This document shows, piece by piece, positions 13,542-26,213 of a DNA stretch of 64,000 bases. Both the position numbers and the translations under genes were made by a program. The notes below the pieces were generated by a model. It searched no databases. It was not told where the DNA came from and was given only the letters and a program-made list of their open reading frames with translations. Source of the stretch: Octopus vulgaris (Eukaryota); the NCBI GenBank assembly GCA_951406725.2, contig OX597831.1, positions 58,590,001-58,654,000 of the forward strand, given 5' to 3'. Positions within the stretch are counted from its first letter, which is position 1. Each line of letters starts with the position of its first letter.

Positions 13542-13958
13542 ACGCCCGAGTGGCTGTGTGGTAAGAAGCTTGCTTCCCAACCACATAGTTCCAGGTTCAG
13601 TCCCATTGCGTGGCACCTTGGACAAGTGTCTTCTACTGTAGCCTCGAGCGACCGAAGCATTGTGAGTGGATTTGTTAGTTGTAAACTGAAAGAAGCCTGT
13701 CGTGTATATATACACATATATGTTTGTTTGTGTATGTGTGTGTGTGTCTGTATTTGCATGTGTGTGGTTGTCCCCCGCCATCGCTTGTCAACTGATGTTG
13801 GTGTGATTACATCCCCAAACTTGATAGTTCAGGAAAAGAGATCGATAAAATAAGTATAAACTTTACAAATATTAAATTCTGGGGACGATTTGTTCGACTA
13901 AAGGCGGTGCTCCAGCATGGCTGAAGTCAAATTACTTAAACTAGTAAAAGAATAAAAA
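13542..13958 (+). mobile_element. tRNA-derived SINE with CORE-like segment and internal microsatellite
   Basis: TGGCTGTGTGG A-box-like, GGTTCAGTCCC B-box-like, CCTTGGACAAGTGTCTT; homologous to 50755-51208 and 57875-58290. Confidence 0.85.
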
Positions 13959-14350
13959 AATACATATTTATGTTTAACTCGTAATATATTTTATACACAA
14001 CTTTCTATATAAATACAACCTTTACAATCTTCATGGTTTATCTATCTTTTTTACTGCCATTTAACCTTAAAGACGCTTTTTCTTATAGCCGACTTCTCCT
14101 CCTGGACACACAGCTATAGATGAGGCTACTGGGGTTTGTGTTTTGGGCTTATTTGCACACAGCTTAGTAAATGTCTAGCTCAAACTTGCTTTAGCATTCT
14201 TCAAACATACATTTATACGTTCACACATGCATAAATATATATATATATATACATACACATTTATATATATACGTATGTATATATATATATAAATATATAT
14301 ATACTCATATGTATATATGTATATATATATATGTATATATATATATGTGT

Positions 14351-14421
<71 letters not shown>

Positions 14422-15869
14422 TACAATTTATAACACGCATACGTATTCCCATATATATTTATTATTTTTTTCCAATACAGAGCACACTCCCATATTTGTT
14501 GAATTAAAGAAGAAAAATAATACCACAATGTGGTGTCCATTATTATAAGAAGAATCATCAAAATTTGGAATATCACCATTACAATCCCAATAGAAAAGGA
14601 AATAATAACGAGGAGCCGTTTGAAAACTTGTTACGTGATAAATCAATGTCTATGGTTTGTGACAAAGATTAATGGTATTCTGGTAAAATGGAATAAAGGA
14701 AGAGAGAGAAGTGAAGAGAAAATTACATTTTAAATATGAAGATGGAGTTGGGCGTTGTTGAACAGAGTAAAATATCTAGAAATGTGAAAAATATAACAAA
14801 AGTTAAGGTATAATATATCAAACTTTTATTAAGTAAATGCTTGGTAGTTCGTAACTGAAACTCCATAGAAAGAAATATATTTTGAGATGTTTACCTTATC
14901 GTTTATTTTCTTATTTTTATTGTTATATTGTTAATGCTCAGCTCTATGTTGGTATTGATCAAATCGACCTATGTTCAATGGTTTTCTATTCATGACCATC
15001 CCGTTCTTTATATATAAAAATTCTTTTCCAATGTATAATTCTTCAAGACAGTAGGGCGCAATTTCGGAAATATTTCGTTAATACTTCTAGCTGCTGCAAT
15101 GATATTGTAGATACCTACTCCTCAGATCGTTTCCATTGTTGTTATATGTGGTACTGACTAAAAGATAAGAATCTGAAGGAAGTCTTTTTGCATTTTATTC
15201 TTCAGACATACATCCATGCATATGCACATTGTATGTTTGTATGTATGTATGTATGCATAAATGTATGTATGCATAGATGGATGGACGGATGGATGGGTGG
15301 ATGTATATCTATGGGATTGTGTATATTTATGTATGTTTGTGCGTGAGTGTATGTGCAATGCCACCTATTTAATTATCAAACTGATGTGGACATTGGTAAT
15401 GAGAATCTAAGAAATCATTGTTAGAGAGAATTTGCCTTGGTTTGTGACTTCTTTTATGGAAATTCTCAGATTATATCGCAGTCTTCTCTAAGCTCAGAGA
15501 TTAAATTCTACATAAAAGAAATCGAAATAGCTCGCTACTCGTTTTCTATACGCTAAATATAGGTATTATTTCACTCAACTATATCAAGTTCATGTAAAAT
15601 CTCAGTCATCTATTGCGTTCGTTGTTGATATTTTCCAAATCTAGAATGAGTGACTAAATAATGTGAAACTTACGAACGTATTGAATGAGGTAATAAAGAA
15701 AAAGAAATGCCCCTGTGATGCTTTTCAAGGTAACTGTGATTTGTGAGTAGAGGGAAGTTACCCAAGCCGCTGAAACTTGGGCCGGATGTATGTAATAAAA
15801 TAGAGTACAGATAAGCCATCAAAGGTCTAGGTTGTGGCGGTCATCACCCTTTGACTCGGTTGAATAACC

Positions 15870-16160
15870 AGACCCAACTAGTCAATATTTACAGCACCAG
15901 TTGTGCTGCTCATCCTCTTCGATCGCTGAATACGAAATGTGATTCGCGATATATTCGATCGGGTGGCTTTCCTGAGAAATCCTACCTTTGCACACCAATC
16001 TGTCGTAAGGTGGCTCAGCTACAGATGAATGAACTGGAGCAATACGAGATAAAATGTTTTGCTCAAGAATACAATGCACAACCAGTCACAGAATCGAAAC
16101 CACGATCTCACGATCGTGAGGGCAGCACTCTTACCACTAGGTCATGCGCTTTCACTTGTG
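15870..16160 (-). mobile_element. tRNA-derived SINE (CORE-like), degenerate
   Basis: Minus strand AGTGGTAAGAGTG...GTTTCGATTC...TTCTTGAGCAAAACATTT; related to 28167-28506. Confidence 0.7.
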
Positions 16161-16589
16161 GCGGTACAACGGGCCAAAGGTAAAGTCTAGTGTTCATTAT
16201 TATGATTAATGTGGAATGCCTTTGATATACAATGATTATAACAACCCAATAAAAAATTATCTCTTGTTATTAGAAATATCAATGTATGTGTTGAAGATAT
16301 AAAATCTTAGTAGGGCAATGGACGTGAGAAAAGATAAAAAGATTTCAGTCCGTTGCGGCATTTACATTCGACAGATTAGGTGCAGCACTTCGTTGTCGCA
16401 AGATCAAAAATATAGATATACGTTGTTAAAGATAGTCAAATCAATACATTAATTCGTAATATGTGTTCCTGGTTAGTTGTGATTCCTAATCATGTGTGAT
16501 CTAATAGCTTGTACCATTCTTTCTCTACTTGATTCCGGCGCCTATGCAGTTACGTCCAGACGTAAAATGATTTGGTCTACTACACTTAC

Positions 16590-16616
16590 CTAAGCGGAAC
16601 ACGATATATGTAACAT
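16590..16616 (-). other. Candidate 27-nt microexon
   Basis: Minus strand: GCTAAG, ~35-nt polypyrimidine tract, CAG | ATGTTACATATATCGTGTTCCGCTTAG | GTAAGT; length divisible by 3. Confidence 0.4.
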
Positions 16617-16672
16617 CTGGATTGAGGAAAAAGGAGAGCGAAAGAGATGGGAGAGAGACTTAGCATCTCTCT

Positions 16673-16727
<55 letters not shown>

Positions 16728-16759
16728 AGTGTGTGTGAGTGTGTGTGTATGTGTGTTAT

Positions 16760-17107
16760 TGCTGTGTGGAAAGTATTTATAAGCCATTTAAAAACACACA
16801 AAAAATCCATATAGATTCACTTCAACATTCAAATTAAATTTGTGTTAAAATATTTTCGTCGCTTTGAAACCGCGACCTGTTCACTGACAAAACTTTGTGC
16901 TGTGCGTAGTTTTGTCAGTGAACAGGTCGCGGTTTCAAGGCATGAAAATATTTTGATACGAATTAAATTTAAACGCTGACGTGAATCTAACGGGTTCTTT
17001 TTTGTGTGTCTTTGAATGACTTATAAACACCTTCCACGCTGCAATTGATTTTGTTTCAGCACACAGTCTCAGATCAAGTCACCTGCTATGCAATTACATG
17101 TCCGTAA
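16760..17107. mobile_element. Foldback element with ~135-bp arms (G3-C8 hammerhead family), flanked by (TA)n/(TG)n
   Basis: 16765-16894 is the imperfect reverse complement of 16908-17040; same family as 3640-3950 and 30665-30780. Confidence 0.85.
16841..16893 (-). ncRNA. Minimal hammerhead-ribozyme fold, G3-C8 core variant
   Basis: UUUUGUCA-GUGAACA-G-GUCGC-GGUUUCAAA-GCGAC-GAAA-AUAUU-U-UAACA; perfect stem II, palindromic AAUAUU stem III, mismatched stem I; mirror copy on + at 16909-16958 has better stem I but damaged stem II. Confidence 0.65.
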
Positions 17108-17122
17108 TACATACACACATAC

Positions 17123-17155
<33 letters not shown>

Positions 17156-17167
17156 TATATATATACT

Positions 17168-17490
<323 letters not shown>

Positions 17491-17714
17491 TTACCATTTG
17501 GTTTTTGAGTCTCAGTATATTACTATCTTGAAACCTATTAATGTATTTTTATATATTTCTTTCAGATTTCGCATAAACAGCTGCAATAGTAACACACGAA
17601 ACTAAACGCGGTTATTTTTGACATCTGTGCAGAACACAGTGGTTTAGAAGTGTCCAAGTTTCTAAATGTTGTAAGATATTTTATACATAAAGTCGGTTGG
17701 AAGTGGAAAACTAT

Positions 17715-18750
17715 GGCGGGAATGCTCCAACTATGTGAAAAGGAAGAAGTATACATTCTATTTCTTTGATATTATAAGGATACCGACATTCATCTGACGA
17801 TTTCAAAACATAATTGGTGATTATACTGGATTATCTGTTAGGGCCATCGCTGCAGAACTTCAAGTGTCGGAGCGAATTGTTAGATCAGTCGTATATACTA
17901 AGGACAGGCCAATTGATATCAGCAATGATACAGGAAGACCGTTTGATCCATCTCAAGCAGTTATTTAACAAGAAAGGCAGCATCACGAGTTGACTGGACA
18001 ATTGTGGCAAGGTAGCTGGAGAACTCACGCTTAATTAGGAAGAGTTTCTTTGCAGTATCATCAATGCGCTGCAGCCGTACGATAGATGACCACGATGACT
18101 AGTAACGAACGTCATGTCATTCCACATCACATCTTTCCACAAAGTTTCATAATCAATGCTGCTAGATATGATGAGTTACTGGAAACATGTTCTGCCTTGG
18201 ACGGATGAAGTACGTAGTGGTAGGCAATATATGATTCAATCTAACAAAGTCCACTACCTCAAGAATAGATGTCAGACGATCATGTAACTCTAAACCTGAA
18301 ACCTTAAAACTCACCAGATTTAAACTCCACTAAAACTGGAGTGATTTTGAAAGTGAGTCTAGAATAAAACCTAACCTTACAATAATGTAGCTTACCTATT
18401 TCTTTACTACCCACAAGGGGCTAAACACAGAGGGGACACACAAGGGCAGACAAGAGGATTAAGTCGATTACAGCGATCCCAGGGCGTAACTGGTACTTAA
18501 TTTATCAACCACGAAAGGATGAAAGGCAAAGTCTACCTTGGCGGAATTTGAATTCAGGACGTAACGGCAGACGTAATACGGCTACGCATTTCGCCCTGCG
18601 TGCTAGCGGTTCTACCAGCTCGCATGTAGCTTACCTGAAGGTCATCTTTGTCCAGATGATGTCCGACCTGCATAAGGACAATTTATTGCTGGCATGCCAA
18701 TGATTCCAATCCCTCATTGAAGAAGACATCGAAGCTGAAGTCAGATTCCT
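17715..18750 (+). mobile_element. Degenerate mariner-like (probably DD37D/maT-type) transposase, interrupted by a SINE
   Basis: Pieces RAIAAELQVSERIVRSVV, SNERHVIPHHIFPQSFIINA..Y..LLET, NSPDLN, LACQ*FQSLIEEDIEAE. Confidence 0.75.
18398..18623 (-). mobile_element. tRNA-derived SINE (Nin/Deu-like core) with 13-bp TSD
   Basis: TSD ATGTAGCTTACCT at 18385-18397 and 18624-18636; core TGCCTTTCATCCTTTC..GATAAATTAAGTACCAG. Confidence 0.9.
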
Positions 18751-19047
18751 ATCATGGATTTATGAGAAAGATTATCGATGACATGTGCACAGATTTTTAT
18801 TACAATACATTTCGTTTTCACTAGATTTGCGTCAATGCATCAAACTAAAAAGTTGTCCTCAAACACCACTGTCACCCTGTTCTTATTTTGCTTTAATGGA
18901 GAACTGGAAACGAGATTTTATTTATTATTATTCCAGATGTTTCGGCATCATCTTAATAAATGTTCATATGTGGGACAGGATTTGTTGCATGAGTCAATGC
19001 ATAACTAAATATGGAAATTCTACTGAGTGTTTCTTGTTTGTTCTTTC

Positions 19048-19301
19048 TTGAGCCATGCCTGGCTCATAAGTTCCCCACCTTGATGGGACGCCAGTCCGTC
19101 GCAGGTGAGCTGTAAGATGCAGGAGGAAAGAGTAGGAGAAAGCTGTGGCGAAAGAGTCAGCAGAAATTCGCCATTACCTTCTGCCGGAGCTGCGTGGAGC
19201 TTAGGTGTTTCGCTCATAAACACACACATCGCCAGGTCTGAGATTCGAACCAAGGATCTCTCGACCGCGAGTCCGCTGCTCTAACCAATAGGCTATGTGC
19301 C
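19048..19301 (-). mobile_element. tRNA-derived SINE
   Basis: Minus strand TAGCCTATTGGTTAGAGCAGCGGACTCGCGGTCGAG...GGTTCGAATCTC, a tRNA-like head with A and B boxes. Confidence 0.75.
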
Positions 19302-20417
19302 AGAAGTTACCTATATAGTTTAAGGATTGTAAATATGTAGTTGACTTCATTAGGGCAAGCTGAATGTATTATGATTGCTTGAGGTAAAATATGTATTAAT
19401 GTCTTAATCTATGGCTACTGTGTATACTCTAAATTACAATTGCATACAAATGCACTCATGCATACGTACGTACATTCATACATACATACATTCATGCATA
19501 CATACATACATGCATGCATATATACATAGACGTATATATAGATTACCCGCACACATATAATGATAAACATAGAATACAAATGGAATTAGTAAAAGCTTGG
19601 GTACTTTGAAAATATAATATCGATTAACTTGCTTTTAGAAATAAATGAATTTGGAGAAATAGCTTCGTGCTAATCATCTCACGTATCTGGTAGTCGATTT
19701 AAAGATAGAATATTTCCTAGTTACATTAAAAACATACATGACAGTTAATGTCAAATACGTCTTAATTTTCATCAGCTATTACAAGTATTCAAGTTAGATC
19801 AATAAGGAGAGAGAGATAACAGTTCTGCACTTTTCTGTAACAAATAATTACATTTGTTTCAATACTACTTAAACTGCATAAACATAAATGTATATTGGTT
19901 TAACCTATACTAAAATGGCTAGACGCATTTGTGAGATGGTATGTCAGAAAGAAACCTATTATCGTAATCAGTATACTATAACAGTGTCACTCACTTAAGA
20001 TTATTACCTGGAATTATCCATTTGACAAGTAAATTATATGAACTTGTTAACGCGCGCGCAAAAATCGCCCATGTTGAAACTTTTTTAATATTTCAATGGT
20101 ATTATGCTATGACGTTATTTACGTATACGTGCTAGCTCACAGTTTCTATTCTTAATTGATTCAAGTCAGATCTGATAGTATCTACACAATAAGAAGTAAT
20201 TATGAATTGTTTGATTTTGGTAGCAAACATTAAATCTCAAATGGGAAAGTCTAAATGAAGTTAAAGACACAAAGCCGGATGAAAAAGACGTTTCTAATCC
20301 TGTAGTTCAGACGCAGGACCGCTCAGGTCGACATTACCTATAATCAAAGGCAATTCTACAGCGACCAACCTTAGTTATCCTTTATCTCGGAATATATGAA
20401 GTTGAGGAATAATACAC

Positions 20418-20830
20418 TCGCGTTTTTGTGTTTAAATTTAAAAATGCATGCAGAAATAAAACGCATTGGCAAAATGTTTTATGTTATTTGAAAGAGAATT
20501 CTTTGCTTTACTAAGCGAAAAAACCAACGGCGAGCACTACTTTGAGGCATTGCTACTTCTCCATACACAACACAAATCTCACGAGAAGCTTCGGCGCGTT
20601 TAACAACTCATTTGAATGCAAAAAGAAAATGGTATCTAAAATGCGCGGTGTTGTCCACTTAACATTTCATTTTAATGATCTGAAAATACAAAAAAAAAAA
20701 ATTAAAAATTAAAAAAATAAAATTAAAGATTCAAAACTCACTACCTTGTAGAGCAAAACCTCTTTCAAATAACAAGAAATGCATTTAATTTCTGCGTACA
20801 TTTTTAAATTTGAAAAAAAAAAAACGCTCA
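20418..20830. mobile_element. MITE-like element with ~90-bp imperfect inverted ends
   Basis: AAATTTAAAAATGCATGCAGAAAT...GTTATTTGAAAGAG...TTTGCT at left mirrored at ~20745-20828. Confidence 0.6.
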
Positions 20831-21408
20831 TGAATTATTCTTCAACCTAATATTTTACAATATACCTACCTCTCTTTTAAAGGATGGAGCATATGAAATA
20901 ACAGAATTGGGCTGCTGTTGTGAAACGTCAATAGGCAATGTAAAGAATCTAGCATTAATCGTGTCACTTCGCAACCCAAAACCTCCCAAGAATAGAAATG
21001 TATTTTTTGTCATGTTCCTGTCATCTATCATTCATCTTAGTGCATTTGTGACACACTAATAACTCTCCCGGACTATCAAATATTGATATCAATGTCTCTG
21101 TCTTGTTTAATTTGGAAACTGATTTTTTTCTCCCTCTTTACCCCTTCATCTTTCCCAACACATTGCTTTTATACTGATCTCTCTTGCTATCATACTGCCC
21201 TCTCTTTTATACACATATATTTATATGCGTGTGTGAAGACGAATATTTTTTTTGTTTTCTACAGCGGCGTCATTAGCTATAACTACCAGATTTATAGTTT
21301 TGTGAAAATATTCCTTGTATTCTAGATATCAGTAAAAAAAAAAAAGAATCCGAGCTATAACGCAAAGAGATTTTTATGCCACTGAACTCATTCAATATAT
21401 CATGTCTG

Positions 21409-22008
21409 AAGGCGGCCAGCTGGCAGAGACGTAAGCACGCCGGACGAAATGCTTTGTGGTATTTCGTCCGCCGCTACGTTCTGAGTTCAAATTGCGCCGA
21501 GGTCGACTTTACCTTTCAACCTTTCGGGGTCGATAAATTAAGTACCAGTGTCACACTGTGTTCAATATAATCGACTTAATCCGTTTGTCCCCTCTATGTT
21601 TAGCCCCTTGTGGGTAGTAAAGAAATGGGTATTTCGTCTGTCTTTATGTTCTGAGTTGAAATTCCGCCGAGGTCGACATTGCCTTTCATTCTTTCGGAGT
21701 CGATAAATTCAGTACCAGTTACGCACTGAGTTCGATGTAATCGACTTAATCCCTTTGTCTGTCCCTTTGTCGCCACTGTGTTTAGCCTCTTGTGGGCAAT
21801 AAAGCAATAAGAAACGTTAGCATGCCGGGTGCAATGCCTTGTGGTATTTTGTCTGTCTTTACGTTTTGAGTTCAAATTCCGCCGAAGTCGACTTCGCATT
21901 TCATCCTTTCGGGGGTCGATAAATTAAGTACCTGTTGCATACGGAGGTCGATCTAATCGACTGGCCCCTTCCACCAAAGTTTCGTGTCTTGTGCCTAGTA
22001 TAGAAACG
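21409..22008 (+). mobile_element. Trimeric Nin/Deu-like SINE array with 15-bp TSD
   Basis: Three tandem GAGTTCAAATT..GCCGAGGTCGAC..CCTTTCATCCTTTCGGGGTCGATAAATTAAGTACC units; TSD AATATATCAWGTCTG at 21394-21408 and 22009-22023. Confidence 0.88.
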
Positions 22009-23399
22009 AATATATCAAGTCTGGAAACACACGCACGCACACAAACAAACAAACACACACACACACACATTAAACTTCACTCGTTCTAAGTTTTGAAACA
22101 TCGTTGACATCGGTATTTTACATTTTACTTTGCCATGTCCAGATTTTAAAGTATCGCTGTATACACAAAATTACCCTTATAATTCATTATCTGGATTCAT
22201 GGACTCCATATTATGTTTGCACGTGCCAAGTTCATGTATAACGACGGTGTTATCAATTCATTGTAAAATTTTAAATTCACGTTATTGTAATCATTTATAT
22301 GACAGAGATAATCTCGGAAAAAGCACCAGAAAAGGTATTGATTATATGCATGTGATTTTTCAATATGTACCAATTCATAATTTCTACAAATACCTTTATT
22401 TCCAGCTGTATTTTGGTTATGCCCAGAATCTTTTAGTTAATCTATCTCGAGGTTTAGTTACATACTTGGTAGTATTTACATGTCCCTCAAATTAATGTTG
22501 AAGTAATGTAATTTATTTTTTGAATTAATAAAAGCAAATTATTCTGATTGATGCTAATGCTCTTGATAGAGTTTAATTTTATAAGAGACAAAAGACTTAC
22601 AAGGATTTAAAATTTAAAATTGCGCAGGATCTTTGGTGTTACGCAGTATAATGATTTAATATTATACTGAAATTGACGCAAATCGTTTGTTACAACCAGC
22701 TTCTGCCTACCTTGGAATTTCCTATTTAGATATAAAGAAATAAAAAGAAATTTCAATTGCTATTCAAGATTATTGAAGGGCAACTCGATATGCAACTTTA
22801 GGCTACAGTCGTATTTCTTTTTTGAAAAAAAAAAGATTTTTTTTATTATCGAAGAAGAAACATTCTGAAGATAATAGTAACAACAGTGACATTTAGAAAT
22901 GTTTCATAAAATAATCCTTTCAGCAATGTAAAAGTTAATGGACTGAAGTAGAACTGCTAACATACCTATCACAGTATCCATTACCACCATACATGTTAAT
23001 CTCATTTATCAGAAATATCACGCAACACGTAAATCTAACCTATCCATAACTGATAAAGAAAACAAAAACACATTCCTGATATACGCGTATCTTGGAAATC
23101 TTACTCCATTAGGCGAATAATATATACAGAAGAGATAACATACATCCACCATTTTAAGCTGAAAGAAGACTGTTTTCTTAGCTTCCTTCTTTTTTATTTG
23201 CTACCTTTCTTTCTGTATTATCACCTTTATCTGAGGTGTGACAAAATAGAGGATTCCATTCAAGTCATCTGAGATATTTTTTTTGTTATGTATCTCTTAT
23301 TGAATATTATTTTCCTAGTAAACAACGAACAATACATAATAGTTGATTCTGCGATGTTTCATCGAAAAATATATAGAAGAGTTTCTTGCTACTTATTAA

Positions 23400-25140
23400 C
23401 ATTATTTATTCCATGTGTGACTTGGGAACCTGAATATTGAATCCACTTGTGATTTCAGTAAATACAATGTTTACTTACCTACTTTTAGTTTCTAATCGGA
23501 AATTATCCTCTCAGAGATTCTTTTGCTTCAACAGCATGAACAAAATATAAAACAGGAAGTGTATTCTTTTGTTTCCCAAATTGTATACGCCAACACGAGG
23601 ATATAAATTTACTGTGCTCCTCTAAATCTAGATTTCTTAAAACCAATTACAAAAGAAAAAAAGTTTAATCCTGTCTGATGTCTCGGTCACGTCATTTCAA
23701 CTCATCGCCTGATCACAACCCTTTCCTTCCATAGAGATAACGCGATTATACATTTAGCAAATGTTAACAATTCGTTTCAGTTTTGCTTCTATTGCCGTTA
23801 TTAGAAAGTTATTTTATGGTGTTAAATATAAAACATATGAAAATATCAACCGCATTTATTAATACAGTGTCATATTTAAAATGTATTTTCATGATGCTTT
23901 TAACCATATATTAAATAACTTAACAACGATTCACATTGGAATATATTAGAAGACATCTTCATCTGTTAAAATATCTGTTCATTTCTCTGGGTGTTCCAGT
24001 ATGTGTTAGAAAGATTATAACGCCAGCTTCATTAGGCATAACAGAAAAATAGTTTGTGAAAATAGGTGAAATAAGGTGTCTGATATTAATAAAGTCTTTT
24101 AAAAGTATATTTTACTCGTAAGTGAAAAGAAAATAATTTATTTGAGGTATTAAACTGCATGGTAACCTTAAATTGATTCCTTGCTCTTCATCATTCATCT
24201 CGAATTTTCTAAATATTGAAAAGAAAGCATATCAGTATTTTAGCGCACAGTTAAGAAGGTCATCATAAGCTCATATTTGTCCCTCCACCAAGATATAATT
24301 AAGATATTATTAAAGAACAAATTAGACATATGAGCTTGTATTGAAATAAGCTGAAATTTTAGTTATTCTGATGGATTCATGACCTTAAATGATAAAGAAC
24401 CAGAAATTATATACCGAACGATGATATTCCATTATTCCTATGAAGCACTTTTAATAACTTCCAAACCATAGAGATCCTCATCTGTTGAAAAGAATGCTGG
24501 TAATCCTATTCTCGCAATCGCGAATTCGTGAAAATATTCGTGGTAGCAAAATCTGAAAGGGAAGCGGTTAATATGACGATTGCACAAAGAGGAACAAATA
24601 TCCTCCGTAGTCATCAATTCTTGTGTATGGCTGCTTCCAACTCGCGTCGTGTTGTGCATATGTTCCAAGCGTATTCATATTTACCGATTCAGTATGATTT
24701 CAGTGTTGACTTCTTTATTGCAGGGTGCCACATTTTGTCAAGTAATGTAAAGGACGGTTTACTTTAGTATAAACGACACCATTAAACAAGAAGGGAGTGC
24801 CTATAAGGTCTTTCGACCAGTTAGAAATAGCAGGTGTATCAACACATTCCCACACATTCCAAAACAAAGTTCATGAGAAATACGTACATCATGGATGGAT
24901 TATAGACGGAATGGTTATGACCGAGAAGCCTGGGGTTAAACAACAAAAGCACTCCAAATACATCATTATCCATTTTACCATAGCTTTTCAATTCAATAAT
25001 ATAATGTATAATATCATTAGCTCCACCAGACATCTTTCTATTGCATTAACGAGGCTATTCAACTTTTCCACCAACACTTCCTGAATATTATTTCGCTCTT
25101 TGTCGAAATGATATAGATAGTTTTCATTATTTCTCATCGG
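23400..25140 (-). mobile_element. Highly degenerate Mutator-like (MULE) transposase remnant
   Basis: Colinear fragments NYLYHFDK (FLYWCH-like), FFSTDEDL, YFVHAV (cf. GCxFHFxQAV), RFPSHTWN (cf. RFPPxxWN). Confidence 0.45.
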
Positions 25141-25794
25141 TTCTTTGTTTTTACATAACATAAAATACGAGAATACAGATTACAATAACATAAATATCAT
25201 TTCTGTATTTTATTGATACTAAATTACAGAGGAAAGCAATGAAAGTTAAACATCAAAATAACATCGAAATAAATTATCTATTTTAAGTTCAGAGTATTGA
25301 AGCTTAATAGCAGAGACAATAGACAGTGGCCTAAGTGATTCTGAGTTTGCAAATGTCTAATGTCTGTTTGAGTAGGAAAACCATCGAAGAGTTCAGTGGA
25401 TCGGCTCTGATCACCTAAAACGTAACATGTCAACTCAGACTGGAACTTTAACCCTCATGTCACAAGTCTAAGAGATGGTGGTGAGAGGTAAAGATACACA
25501 AAACAGCATTAAGGTAAATTCGAAGACTCACTGCGGCGTTTACATTTGAGTGGCTAAACCCATTACATCGATGAAACATAAATTGTTTCCAGTCCACGTA
25601 TCACCACTGAAACGAAAATAGGGTCCGTACATATCTGAGGAGTAATATCTGTGTCATTTGACTAGTCAAACCTACTTTCTCTTCCGGTGTGTATTTCTGT
25701 AGAAACTTGAAACTATTTAAAGTAGGGTTCAGTGTCTTTTCATTAGCTACCTGAATCCCTATTTAAGGACTGGCAGTATCACAATGGACATTAT

Positions 25795-26213
25795 GGATCT
25801 TTTCGGTTTGAACGGCATTTAAAAAAAAATAATTTCCACGTAACTAAACACTTTTAAACTTCGTATACTAGTAGAATGTGTTTATAAAACATATTTTTCT
25901 CTTTGCTTTATTGAGAAAATTCTATAGTTTGTAAGATATTTGTTGTTTTTTTCTTCAATTTCTGCAATTTCAACCAATCAGTGACGTCTATTAAGTTAAA
26001 AAGCATTCTGTGCCGTATGAATATGTCTCTCGTTTAAGGAACAGATTGGATTTATTTACATTTGTGAAGAAAAGAAAAGATACCCTTCCCCCACCCCTAA
26101 CCCTAACCCTAAAAGAGATTGGAATGCATTAGATCGATTCTAGGGTCATAATTATGGGTAACAATTTCATATGACACCGCTAGAAAAAACAGCCGTTCAA
26201 ACCGGAAAGATCC
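25795..26213. mobile_element. MITE with ~22-bp TIRs and internal (CCCTAA)3
   Basis: GGATCTTTTCGGTTTGAACGGC ... GCCGTTCAAACCGGAAAGATCC; CCCTAACCCTAACCCTAA at ~26095-26112. Confidence 0.8.

Noticed and set aside
14480-14670. Exon-like plus-strand segment after TTTTTTCCAATACAG
   Set aside because: Stops in all frames soon after the acceptor; no recognisable protein.
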